From the NCBI RefSeq assembly GCF_902459465.1, contig NC_047068.1, forward strand, positions 12,586,001-12,650,000: a DNA stretch of 64,000 nt, in the 5' to 3' direction. Made by a program: the position numbers and the translations under genes. The notes under the pieces are model-generated. The model ran no database searches, was not told the DNA's origin, and worked only from the letters and a program-made list of their open reading frames with translations. Each line of letters begins with the position of its first letter. Position 1 is the first letter of the stretch. This document shows, piece by piece, positions 23,063 to 35,000 of the stretch. Source of the DNA: Asterias rubens (lineage: Eukaryota).

Positions 23063-26000
23063 TCGCCCTTAGACGGAATAGTAGAAGCAGCTTTGATGAA
23101 GTGGTGCCAGGTTGCTTTGTCCCTCATGAGTTGTTGAGTCTCGTTTGGATTGAGATTTGTGTCTCGGGTGATGGTGTCAGTGTAGCTCATTTTACAAACA
23201 TCAGTGTAAGGGAACCAAACATTAAGATGCTTTATCCAGTTGAAACTTTAACATCTTCTAAAGAATTGAGCGCACAACTCTAAAACTACCCGAGGTGTAT
23301 CACACTATCATCCACGTAGTGCACAGAGCTGCCAACAATTGCACCTTAGAGTCAGGGAGGTTTCTTATAACAATCAGAGAGATATGTAGAGTTACATTCA
23401 ACAAAACCGGGACAAAGCTTACATAATCAGAAGTTTTTCAAATTTGCTGGTAATCTTATATAATTTTGTTGTCCTAAAGTTACTTTTTGTAATTAAGGGC
23501 AGTGGACACTATTGGTAATTGTCAAAGACTAGTCTTCACAGTTGGTGTATCTCAACATATGCATAAAACAACAAACCTGTGAAATTTGAGCTTAATCGGT
23601 CGTCGAAGTTGCGAGATAATAATGAAAGAAAAAACACCATTGTCATACGAAGTTGTGTGCTTTCTGATGCTTGATTTCGAGACCTCAAATTTTCAACTTG
23701 AGGTCTCAAAATCAAATTCGTGGAAAATTACTTCTTTCTCGAAATCTATGTCACTTTTAGGGGGAGCTGTTTCTCACAATGTTATATACTATCAACCTCT
23801 CCCCATTACCCGTAATCAAGAAAGGTTTTATGCTAATAATTATTTTGAGTAATTACCAATAGTGTCCACTGCCTTTAAGCATCTCTATGAAAATGGGCCC
23901 AGATTTAGGAAGAAACTATTAGTAAAAAGAAAACTTGCGGGTACAACCGTGTAAATCTCTTTTGTGTGAGTGTTGGCTCTACGAAGAGCCGGTTTGGTAT
24001 TGCGTTTCGTCTGGGCCAGATTTGTTTACCCCGTTACTAACAGCACGGGTATTTACCGCACCTTTCCACAAGTTGTTTTCTTAGATCAGAAAAAAACAAA
24101 TACCCACCTTGAGCGAGAACTGGTAGATAGGATTGATCATGTTCAGATCGTTCAGGATAAAGTACATGAGGGATGCCCTGGCGGCGGCCGGACGGTACAG
24201 CTCTCTCGCCTCGTTGATCTTCACCTCCGTGATCTTGGCCTCATCTACTTTGACCTCGATCTCGGCGGCGGTGCGCTTTGTCGTCTCCAGATTCTCAACG
24301 AGGGCGGTATCACCCAGGAAGTTGCCCTCGGCCGAGGAGAGACGGGAGAGGAGATTGTCTTCCAGCTCCTTCAGGATGATCTTGAAATCATTCTGCTGCT
24401 TGGTCAGGTCCAACTGAAAGGGTGGGAATGAGAAATTTAAATCCACTTGAGAAACACCCAGATCTTGTAATTCTTAATACAATGTTTGAAATCAAACTGC
24501 ACATGAAATGCATTTGCAGTGGACCATTCCATTTCGCCCTTGTTTGTTCCTTGCTGAATATTTTCTTTACACACCCAAGCCCAAGCGCAAATAACAGGAA
24601 GAACCAAGTTCAACATATAGATATGGGGACAAAAGCGCCACAATCACAAGGGACTGAAAACCCAATCCACATACAAGGCTTTAGTCTGAGGTGGGATTCG
24701 AACTAGGGACCACTGAGGTAAAAGAAAGAAAAAAAAATACAAGCTAACATAACCTGGGGCCTTCTATGAACTGGGCTTGACTGTGTTTTTTTAAGCAGAC
24801 AAAGCCGGGAGCATGCCAGGGCCGGGAGCATGCCAGGGCCGGGAGCATGCCAGGGCCGGGAGCATGCCAGGGCCGAGAGCATGACAGGGCCGGGAGCATG
24901 CCAGGGCCGGGAGCATGACAGGGCCGGGAGCATGCCAGGGCCGGGAGCATGACAGGGCCGGGAGCATGCCAGGGCCGAGAGCATGACAGGGCCGGGAACA
25001 GGCTGAAGCTCAAGCCAAGGTTTGAGAAAGGCCCCAGAATACATAGAGTGTTCTGCTGAGGTTTAAAAACTAATCAGCCCAAGGTATGTGGGTTTATGGT
25101 ACCTTAAGTTTCTCCAGATCAGGTCTTTCTTGGGCCACCACGTTAGCGAGGAGCTGATCCTCCAGGCCGTCCCGGGTGACAGTGAAATTGATGAGTGTCG
25201 TCTGGGCCTGCATCTCTGGTTTGTAATGAGGGTTGGCCAGCTTGGTGTGAAGGATCAGACGGAACAGAGGGTTGTATTCAACCTCTTTGTCACCAATCTT
25301 GATGTATCTGCGAGAAAAACCCCAAAGCAAAAATGTTTTAGGGATTGTGTTACCTCGTGCTGGATGGGTTTAAAAGAGCTGGAGGGGTGTTGTGTTGAAA
25401 GAAATCATTGAACAATTATAATTTTTTGCATTTATTTTTACTTTTTGACCAAGAAGTGTTGATGTTTTTTGACTGAAAAGGTATTTATGAATGGGAATCA
25501 AAGTGTGTTGAATAGTTCAATTATAGTGGTTTAAACCCGCCGAGGCCTGGTTCTTGATTATTTACCTCGACTTCGTCTCGGTAAAATTATTAAGTCCAGG
25601 CCTCGTTGGGTTTAAACCACTAGTTGAAAACCTCTTCACCACACATTGATTCCCTTATTATCTCACCTGGGTGAAATATATACTTCTACTTCTACTTCTG
25701 CTTATTACTCAGCAAAGTCTGTAAGTTAGGAACAATTATAGTTTTTAAGTGTCTAGCTCACAGACACAAATGCTGGTTCCCAAGATTCGAAACCGCATTG
25801 TGATGACTAGCCACGACTTAAATTTGGTGCTTTTGACCTATAGCCGAGGGCGCCCTACTCATGTACATCAGGTTTGCAATGGGTATTGCATGTCGAAATT
25901 GGGCCCTCATTACAGGAATGTTCCCTTAAAGAAAGAGGCTAACAAGACATCCTTTATATCTGGCAACTTACACCTGTTATCTCCATGCATTTGCTTTTCC

Positions 26001-29000
26001 AAACAGTGGACTTATCTGGATCATGCACAAACCAGTGGTTTTGATGAATGCTAGTGGTCATTATTAAGTATAATGACCAAAGCAATTCAAAATACACTCT
26101 CTCACTGAAAATGATGTATACTTTCCAATGTTTTGTGTGGCCATATTCTTTCATCAAGCTTTCCTGGGCCTAATTTCATAGAGCTGCTTAAGCACAAAAT
26201 TGTGCTTAAGCAAAAAATCCTTGCTTAGTAAAATCCGATTACAGGCCAAGACTCCACTCAATTGTTATGCTAAGCAAACAACAGCTAAATACCAGTCACA
26301 AGCACTATATGGCAGTATATGGCATGAAATTCTTGCCAATAACATGTGTAAAATAAGCGAGCTATTTTCGTGCTTAAGCAACTTTTTTGCTTAAAGCAGC
26401 TCTATGAAATTGGCCCCTGGATATGTGATATTATTAAGTACTTACCTTCCTTTCTTGATGGTGTTACGTCCCAGTACGGGATCCAACACCGGATCCACCG
26501 ATTCTTCCATGTTCTCAATCAGTACCGTGTCTCCGTTGGCGATCGCTCTCTCGATCACGTCCAGGTAACCGCGCGTCCCGAGACGGACGGTCCTCAGATC
26601 CTCCCCGTATTTGGTCTTGATCCATTTGACACCCTGGAGTTGGGGATCGATCATCAGCGGCCAGCGTTCACAGCTGGACAGGATGGTGGCGTTCTCTGTG
26701 GACATACGATCGCTGGGTAGACTCTCGTTGTTCCAGCTGGCGATGGTGGCGTCGTCCGTCAGCAAGCTGAGTGGGTCAAGGCCCTCGGTGGTGGGAATCG
26801 GAACCTACGGGAAAAAAGTGGAAAGAGAGGGTAGTTAAAGGAAGTGAACCTCACTGGAACTGTATGAGGGAAAATTTGGGGGGTTTTATGTTTCATACAC
26901 ATCCAATAAAAAAACAAAACAGAGCTTTGAAAAACACAACACCGTTCAAACAAACTTGAAAAGATGGAAAAAGAGGGTGGTTTGATGAAGTGGATTTAAC
27001 TGGAAATGCACATGAAGGAAATTACTGGGAGTTTTTGTTCTTTAACAGAGTGATACAAATGCACTACAGAAATGTAGTGAACAAAAAAAAACCAAGCTGT
27101 CAAATAAATCTTGAACAGAGGAAAGAATAGTGTGATTTGACAAAGTGAAACTATTTGAGGATACACAAAAAGGCTATCAGAATAACAGCGAAGCCCCTTC
27201 AATTGTGTCTTGGGATGCTCACGTTCTCTCGAACACCCCCAAAACAGAAAAACAAAACTATAAATACAAAAGATTTGAGGAAAAAGACAAAGTTGCTGTC
27301 AGAAATAAATGAATTCCTTGCAACTTACCTTTTGTGTTTTGATAAACGGCAGCCACATCTTGTCCATAAGTTCCAGACGGAAGCTCTTAGTGAAGCATCC
27401 CATGTAGGAAACAAAGGCAGTAATCAGAAGCACATCACCAGCTGAATATTAAAACAAAAACATTGAACACATGATTTAAAGGGAAGGTAAAAATTTGGTG
27501 ATCACTCTTAAAATTAATTGCAATAAAACCTTAGGTTAGACGCGTTAGTTAGAAGCCATCGATAGTATGAGAATTTTGAGAATTATTTCACTCTAAAGTT
27601 ACATGGTTATGTAAAAAGATATCAATTTTTATGCCCAAACATTTTAATTGGAGAAGCGTTACTGAAGTCTCCTGAATTCTGAAAAATCTACTCTGCAGTA
27701 GTTGAACATATAAAGCAAGACAAGTTCTCGAAAGAACCTGATCTACCCAGCAAGTGGATATACACATTGTGTTAACGCAAGCCAAATATGGTGCGCAGTT
27801 GACTTTATGTCACCATTGGGGCTCAAGCAAGGTACAGTGCGCACTTGACTATACCATTGGGGCTCAAGCAGGGTATAGTGCACAGTCGACTATTAATAAA
27901 GTCACCATTTGGGCTCAAGCAGGTTAAAGTGTCTTGCTCAAGGACAAAAGTGCGATAACCTGAACCAAGGACCAGTGTCTCTAAACCCAAACCCACACTA
28001 GCAAAACCAGTCCACTGCACTAGACCACTCTAAGCCACGACACTCCCAATAGACCGATCCAGTAAGCCCCGCCCCATTACCTATTGAACAATCACAACCA
28101 AAAGTCCAACAAATTAAGGTCCGACATCCGTGCGCGTATGGTTGGCGCGCGTGGCAGAGTTGTGCAGAAAGGCATTGGAGGGGCTCACGTGTTCTTGCTC
28201 ACACGTGCGCCATGGGTGGAGCCTAATGGATCGGTCTATTCCTGAATACGTGTCCAACTTACGCAATGTCTTCTCAGCTTCTTTGAACGCAGCCACGGCC
28301 TCTCCCCAGCGGACATTCTCAGAGGCCAGTCCACCCACTAAGCGGTTAGCCAGTGTGATGGTGTTGTTGGTAGCCTCTGCTTCCTGCTGGCACTTCAGTT
28401 TGTCTCCCGTTGCCTTCTCAAACTTAGCGGTCAGCTCAGCCAAATTGGAATCCAACTCCTGGAGGGAAATCAAGACAACATTTGCGTCATTTTAGTTTCA
28501 TAACTATTTCTGCTGTAAATAAACTCATTGTACTATCATTGCCTTGACATTAAAAAATCGTTGTGATTTCCCAAATAGCACGTGACTAAAATGTGAGTTT
28601 GGAAGTGCAGAAACATTGTATACTGATTGTACACAAACTGCTTAGGGAATTCAAAACATAATTTAAAATGAGGCTGAATTGAAAATCCTTAAAATGTGTG
28701 TTTTACTTGATGCTTATGTTTGGTTTTTAAAAGATCTACTGTGCAATGTGCAGCATATTAAATGGTTCATGTTAAAGTTTTTTTGTCAATTTGACCATAA
28801 ATCTAAAAGAAGAAACAAATGGGGAAAAAAAAGCTTGTATATCGACCTGCAATTTGTGAGTATCTGCCCATAAGCTAGCTTGTACATGAGAAGAACACTG
28901 TAAATGCAAGTGTCAAAGATCACTCAGCTATACTTTTGTTTGATGAAGGGATGTGACAGACAGTTGAAGAAAAAACCAATCTGAACTACGAGCGCAAAGA

Positions 29001-32000
29001 GTGAGCGCTTGCGAGCGAGAAGCTGTAGGGTGAGAAGCCCGCTTACTTACATTTATCTTTGGTTTTGAAAGTCCTGCTCTGCAATCTGGGGTTTTCCATA
29101 TGGTTTTATCTTAATTTTCTTATGAATTTGATCAATAAATATTCATTTGCCCCTTTTTTCTTTTTGAAATTTTTGGTATTTTTCGTTTGGTGGGAGGGGG
29201 TAAAAAAAAACAGATCTTCGATTTAAAAACAGCGAAATCCCTGTCGATGCCTATTTCCACTTACCGCAATCTTAGCCTTGATGATGGTGAGTTTGTCCTG
29301 GGCAGCCTGCAGCTCATCATTGGCCTTCTGCAGAGCCAGACGCTTGGGCTCAACATCGCAGTACACCTCGTAGAACTTGACGATGTTGATGGCCCATGAG
29401 CACAGACCAGCAGCGGCGTTTGACTTGCTGCGGATGAGCTCGGGATCAAAGTCTGGGTTATCGATGTAGGGCCTGACGGCCTTCAGACTGCTCTCTGGGA
29501 TGTGCTCTTTGTCGTAGTTGATCAGCTGATCCAAGAAGGCGTCCACCTTTTAGGGTTGTAAAAAAAAAAACAGACAAGAATGTCAACATCGTCAAGTCCA
29601 AAGTTACTTGAAAACTTAAGCGTGAAAATAGTGGTTAACTGTTTCTTGGTCGTAGATTGTACCCAGCAATAATATAATATTACTAAAAACAAGAAGAGAA
29701 TTTGCATTGTATTACATCCATGAAGCTGATCAATCATGCAATACAGATAAAACATTTTTATAAAATCAAATACACACACAATTGAAAACAAATAAAGTTA
29801 CAACCTTTAGGTTTCTGCCCAACCTCGCTTGTTACATTTTATTACTTCTTTCTCACTAATTACCTTTGCCATCATAACCTTGGCTGCCTTCCAGCTTCTG
29901 TCCTTGGGTACCTTCCCATTGGGAGCGAGGAGCACCATCACTCCAGCAGACACAAAGACTACCTGGGACGGTGGCGAACCGAAAGACTTCAACTCTGTCA
30001 AGTTGTTCTGGAATGGAAGAAAACATAGGAAGTTATGGAAACTGTACTCAGTGGACTTTAGTTTGAGGAAACTTCGCTGTATGTTATCTCTTTAGACCCT
30101 GGTTTAGAATCCACATTCACACTTAATACTGGATCATTCATCCCTTGTAACTATCAATACTGGGTTCTTATACATAGCGCTTCATCATAAGATGGGCGAA
30201 TCAAAGCACTCAGTATGTTTGCTTGCAAGGTATGTGGAGCTACATTTTGAAGTATGAGACCTATTGCTTTCTAAGCACCGTGTAATCATTTACAAGGTGT
30301 GAACTTCTTTTTGCTGTTTTCTCAGCACGCAGGAACCGAGTTCAGCTGAAATTGTCCAGGGATCTGAGATGGCTTTGGAATGAATGAAGTGTGAAGTTTG
30401 AAGCGCTTTGAGAGGCCCTTCGGGTGTGAAAAGCGCTATATAAAAACTGGTTATTATTATTTTTAAATTTCATATGACTTTTACTTTATGTTGCTTGATA
30501 AATTAGCTATAAATCAGCATATCGGTGACATACACCAATCTCTAACCCGAACCTTTCAAATAAAATTTGGGAGTAGGGGAAGAAGGAGGGTACCTTATTG
30601 AGGGTATTCAGAGCCTCCTGGGCGGCCTTGAGAGCAGGTTCAGCCTTGGCCAGATCTTCCTCGCATTCCCTGGCCTTCTTAGAGACGGCCAGGTTGATAG
30701 CGGCCACTTTCTTCTCTTCATCATCAGCGATGGCCTTCTCCTTGCTGACCTTCTCCGTCTCTACTCCGACGATCTGGATCAGCTTGTCTGCATCCTCATT
30801 CTTGAGCTTCAGCTCGGCTTCCTGGGAGGCCAGCTTGGCTTTCAGGTCGTCCACCTGGTGTTCCAAAATGAATCAAAAGAAATCGTTTTTTAAGTGACGG
30901 ATTGGTATTTTCATGACAAATGTGGCCACAGGGATCCATTTCACAGAGATAGTCCTATTTTTAGGACTAGTCCTAGGAGTTATTCAAAACTTAGGACGAG
31001 TCCACTAGGGGTTATTTTTTTAAATTTTTCTGGACACTTCCCAGTTTTAAAAAGAACTGTCCTGCTTATTTACTACTACCTGAGCGGAAGGTAGGACATC
31101 AGCAGGACAAGAGGACTTCTGGTTATTAACTTCTCTGCTGTGCAGTGAGCTCTTAATCATGTTAATTGGTCTCATTGTTTTGACTAGCTTGCTCTAGTCA
31201 ACTTATGGTCCTGAGGCCACAATATATTCCCCCCCCCCCCCTTAAAGATTAAAGGTTAAAATATTTATTGTCACGTTAAAAAACATGAAATTTGTCTTCT
31301 CTGCGTAAAGAAGACTATACAATACATACAAGAAAGGCATAGCAACAATATACAACAAGAATAAAATTATAATATACAGATATATACAAATAAAAAGATA
31401 GGCTCTTTTAAAGATAGCCTCTTTCAGTTTCTTCCCTACCTGTTGTGCTGTACTCTGCAGCTTGGTCAGACCATTCTCCAGACGTTCCATCTTAGCAGTC
31501 AACTCTTTACTCTTCTGGCCCAGTAGGTTCTGGTACAGCTTAATCTGCTCCAAGAAGCTCTTGGGCGTGGTGTAGTTGTAGCGTCTCTCATTCTGCAGGT
31601 AGATCTTGCTCATCTCATTGACGCTGGTGTGCACGAAGGCCATGAACTCCGCAACGGAACCCTTTAGTTCAGGCTACAAAGAAGAGTTAACACAAAAACA
31701 TTACCATGAAAACTTCATTGTTGCTCGTTTAGTTTTCCAGACAGAAACACATTATGTTCGATTTTTCTTTGTAAAATTTGTTGTTGATTTACAATTTGAG
31801 GGAACTGCTGATGCAGAAAACTTTGCTTTAGCAAAAATTGGACAGGAAACCAGTTCTAAACAGCACGTGTGATATGGTCTTTTGGCTGGTAATCTAACTT
31901 TGGTAAGCACAATATTGTCTTGTGCCTAAGTAATTTGTGTCATTGAGCAGCCATGAAATTGGGCCATTAGGTGACAACTGGGGACATGTGTCTGTTTCAA

Positions 32001-35000
32001 ATGGCCACGTTTGTAACAAAACTTATATCTGTTTTTTTCTTCTATTCCAAAACAAAAAACAAAACATATTATCTTCAAGTACGCGCTAATCCTCCAATCA
32101 GATTGGCAGAATGGAGTGGTGATAAAAACCTATATTGCACGGCTAATATCACTACCATGCGTATTGTGTGTTCTATATCACGCGCCAAGTTTGCTTGAAG
32201 ATAAATACGTTATCACACGCGCACTCGGCCATCGGCCCCGTTGGATATGGGACGCAGAAGCGCTATATTTTTCCGTATTCCACTCGCGCTTGTGTGATAA
32301 CTTATATAGTTAACATATTTTTCTAAAAAGTCAGACACATTCTTTTCACCTGATGTGTATTTCTTCAAAATAAAAACCTCAAAACATTAACAAGAAGAAC
32401 AAAAACACCAAGAACAAAACAGCAACAACAACAACAACAACACAAATCCAAAAGTAAACCTACCCCAAGGAGATCCACCTCCTCCAGGAATCGTTTGCTG
32501 ACAGACACCAAGGCCTCTTGTGGCCACTCATGGAACCAATCGATGCTAGTGCAGTTAGTGATGGCTGGGAACTTACGACCTCGTACACGGAGAGTGTTAC
32601 CCACGGGGGAGAAACAAAGAACCACCTGGTTGGGAAAGGAAAAAGGGTATTTTAAAGGTTAGCAGGGAATGTTTGCTAGTGTGTGTGTTTTATTTTAGGG
32701 GTACTTTTCAGATGTTTATCTTTGTGGTTTTTATGATTGGCTGATCTTTTAATGAGCTCATGCTTCTTTCGAATGCTTTATTCATCTATTTGTATAAGTA
32801 ATATGTAATTTGGGTGTAATTTTGAATTGTATAAACTATTATTTTGTTAATGTCTTAATAAATAATGTTTTCCATAATTGTCAACAATATTTTCTGTATT
32901 TTAATGTTAGCATGAGATACAAGGCAATTTCTATTGTATACTTGTATATAAACAGCAATAAACAAAATTACAATCCTCCCCTATCCTTTTGAACATTTGA
33001 TAACTCCCTACCTTCAACTGACGTCGCAACCTGTCAATGTAGAACTTCCAGCAGTTCTCACGTGTGTCTTGCAACCCTTGACCTTTGACCTCATTGCGAA
33101 CACCTGCGATGACATTCTCAATCTCGTCATCAGCAAGCAGGCCCGGGATCTCTCCCGAAGCGAGGAGATCGTTGATGAGGACCAGGAACTTTTCATCGGC
33201 GACCTGGGCGTCTGTCATTAAAAAGACCGTTCCAATGTTCTTCAGGCCGGCCTTCAGGCAGGTCTGTGCCAAGTCGAGCTGATGGGTCAAGACAAAAATC
33301 AAATTTTCATTGCAAATTTTTGTTTTTACTTTGATAACAAAAGAACTGCAGTCTGACCACTGACGTGCTTGAAAGGAAAAGCTTTATCAGAAAGAAAAAA
33401 AAAGTTAAAAGTTGTAAACTGCTTATGAACACAAACACCTGTGATGTATAATAGATGTTAAATTTGCATCGGGTATAAAGAATATTAATTTTGGTTTTTA
33501 CCCATACACCGATGTGTGTTAGCACTGTTTACTCAGTACTTTCCCGAGTCCTGTGAAAAAATATCACAGGCATGTTACTCGGGTGGGACTCGAACCCACG
33601 ACCCTTGCAATTCTAGAGCAGTGTCTTACCAACTAGACTACCAAGGTTGCCCGGCAGCTAGAGGCAGTGATGTATTTATAAATCACACATATTGTAAGCA
33701 ACCCAAAGCTGGCTTTCTCAAAGGCCAAGTGGCAACACCTAACAAGATAAAACATAGTCATTAGGTTGTTGCTGGGTGTCAACTGTTACCCTTTCAGAAC
33801 ACTTTCAATTTTTTTTTTAAGTGACTAAAGTAGAAATTATTATAAATTATAGAAATGTTGAACTTTACCTTGAGATCTGGAATGCCGTAACCTTTCCTCA
33901 ATGTTATCTGATACACCTCCAAGCTGCTGATGTACGCAGCCAGACGAGCAAGACTCTGCTTGCCGCTGCCTCCTACACCAACGAGAAGAGCGTTACCTCG
34001 AGGCGACTCCAGGATACGATTGATACGACAGCTGCAAAGAGAAAAGCACATTGTTGTAACATGGAAGAAAACATTGACAAAAAAGATTTCACAATGACTC
34101 ATGTAAGTATTTGTATCCCAGAACACCTATAAATCAACTTTCACGGAAGTTTGTTACACTGATATTGATAATGACAGTCAGTTCTTCTTTTCCTGATGAG
34201 AAACACAAGAGCTTGAGTCCGATGCGGTTGACCGCTCAGCCTGGAAATGCACGCCACAATATTGGGCTTGAAAAATGACTCGGAAATCTTTGCGTCTAGT
34301 GACTTTTTGAAAGTATCAACAATTTCAAATGCAATTTTAAGACTTACACATGCTGCATGGCGTCCTCAAACAACACCAGGCTCATGACAGCGTTGATTTC
34401 ATTGTAGCTATCCAAGGCCTCGACCAGGAGCTTGCTTAGGTCTGGCCAGTCTGGTACCGAAAGGTACTTGGGTTCACCGATGCCGCTGGCGAAGTGACAG
34501 TAGATGTTAGGCTTGGCCATCATCGCTTGCTCATCGACATCCTGGGCAAGAGTGAGACGATAACAAGAAAATGCTAATTTAATTAGGTAATATTGTATTG
34601 TGTATTGAAGGTATTATACAGGATTGGTAGAGCTGACAAAATAGTTGTAGACAGTGTTTACGTTTTGGTGTGATCAACAATTATGAAATAAAAAAGGTGA
34701 GAAAACCTGGGCTTCATTCATTGTGTGAATCAGGCGAAAAATGGTGAAAACCATGAACTATTGCTCAGCTACCTGAGGTATTATACAGCCCGTGCTAAGA
34801 AGTTTGTAGCGCTCTAAGCTTTCACAGGAACCATCTCTGCCCTCACATATACCAATTCAGGCCTACCCCTGGGTGAAGCAATTATAGTTTTAAGTACAAG
34901 TGCTGTGACCATGATTCAGCCACCAGAACTTGGGTCTGATGCACTAAACCTCTAGGCCAGGACATGCCACATTTTAGAACATCAGAAAAAAAGAAAATGA

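Noticed and set aside
24703-25044. 113-aa ORF with 17-aa periodicity; possible CRISPR-like array
   Set aside because: The ORF is a translation of a 17-bp minisatellite. There are no unique spacers, no cas genes, and the context is eukaryotic.
26167-26416. Introner-like intron creation by CWG-TSD MITEs
   Set aside because: The elements lie inside existing introns and their ends do not supply the GT/AG sites used.
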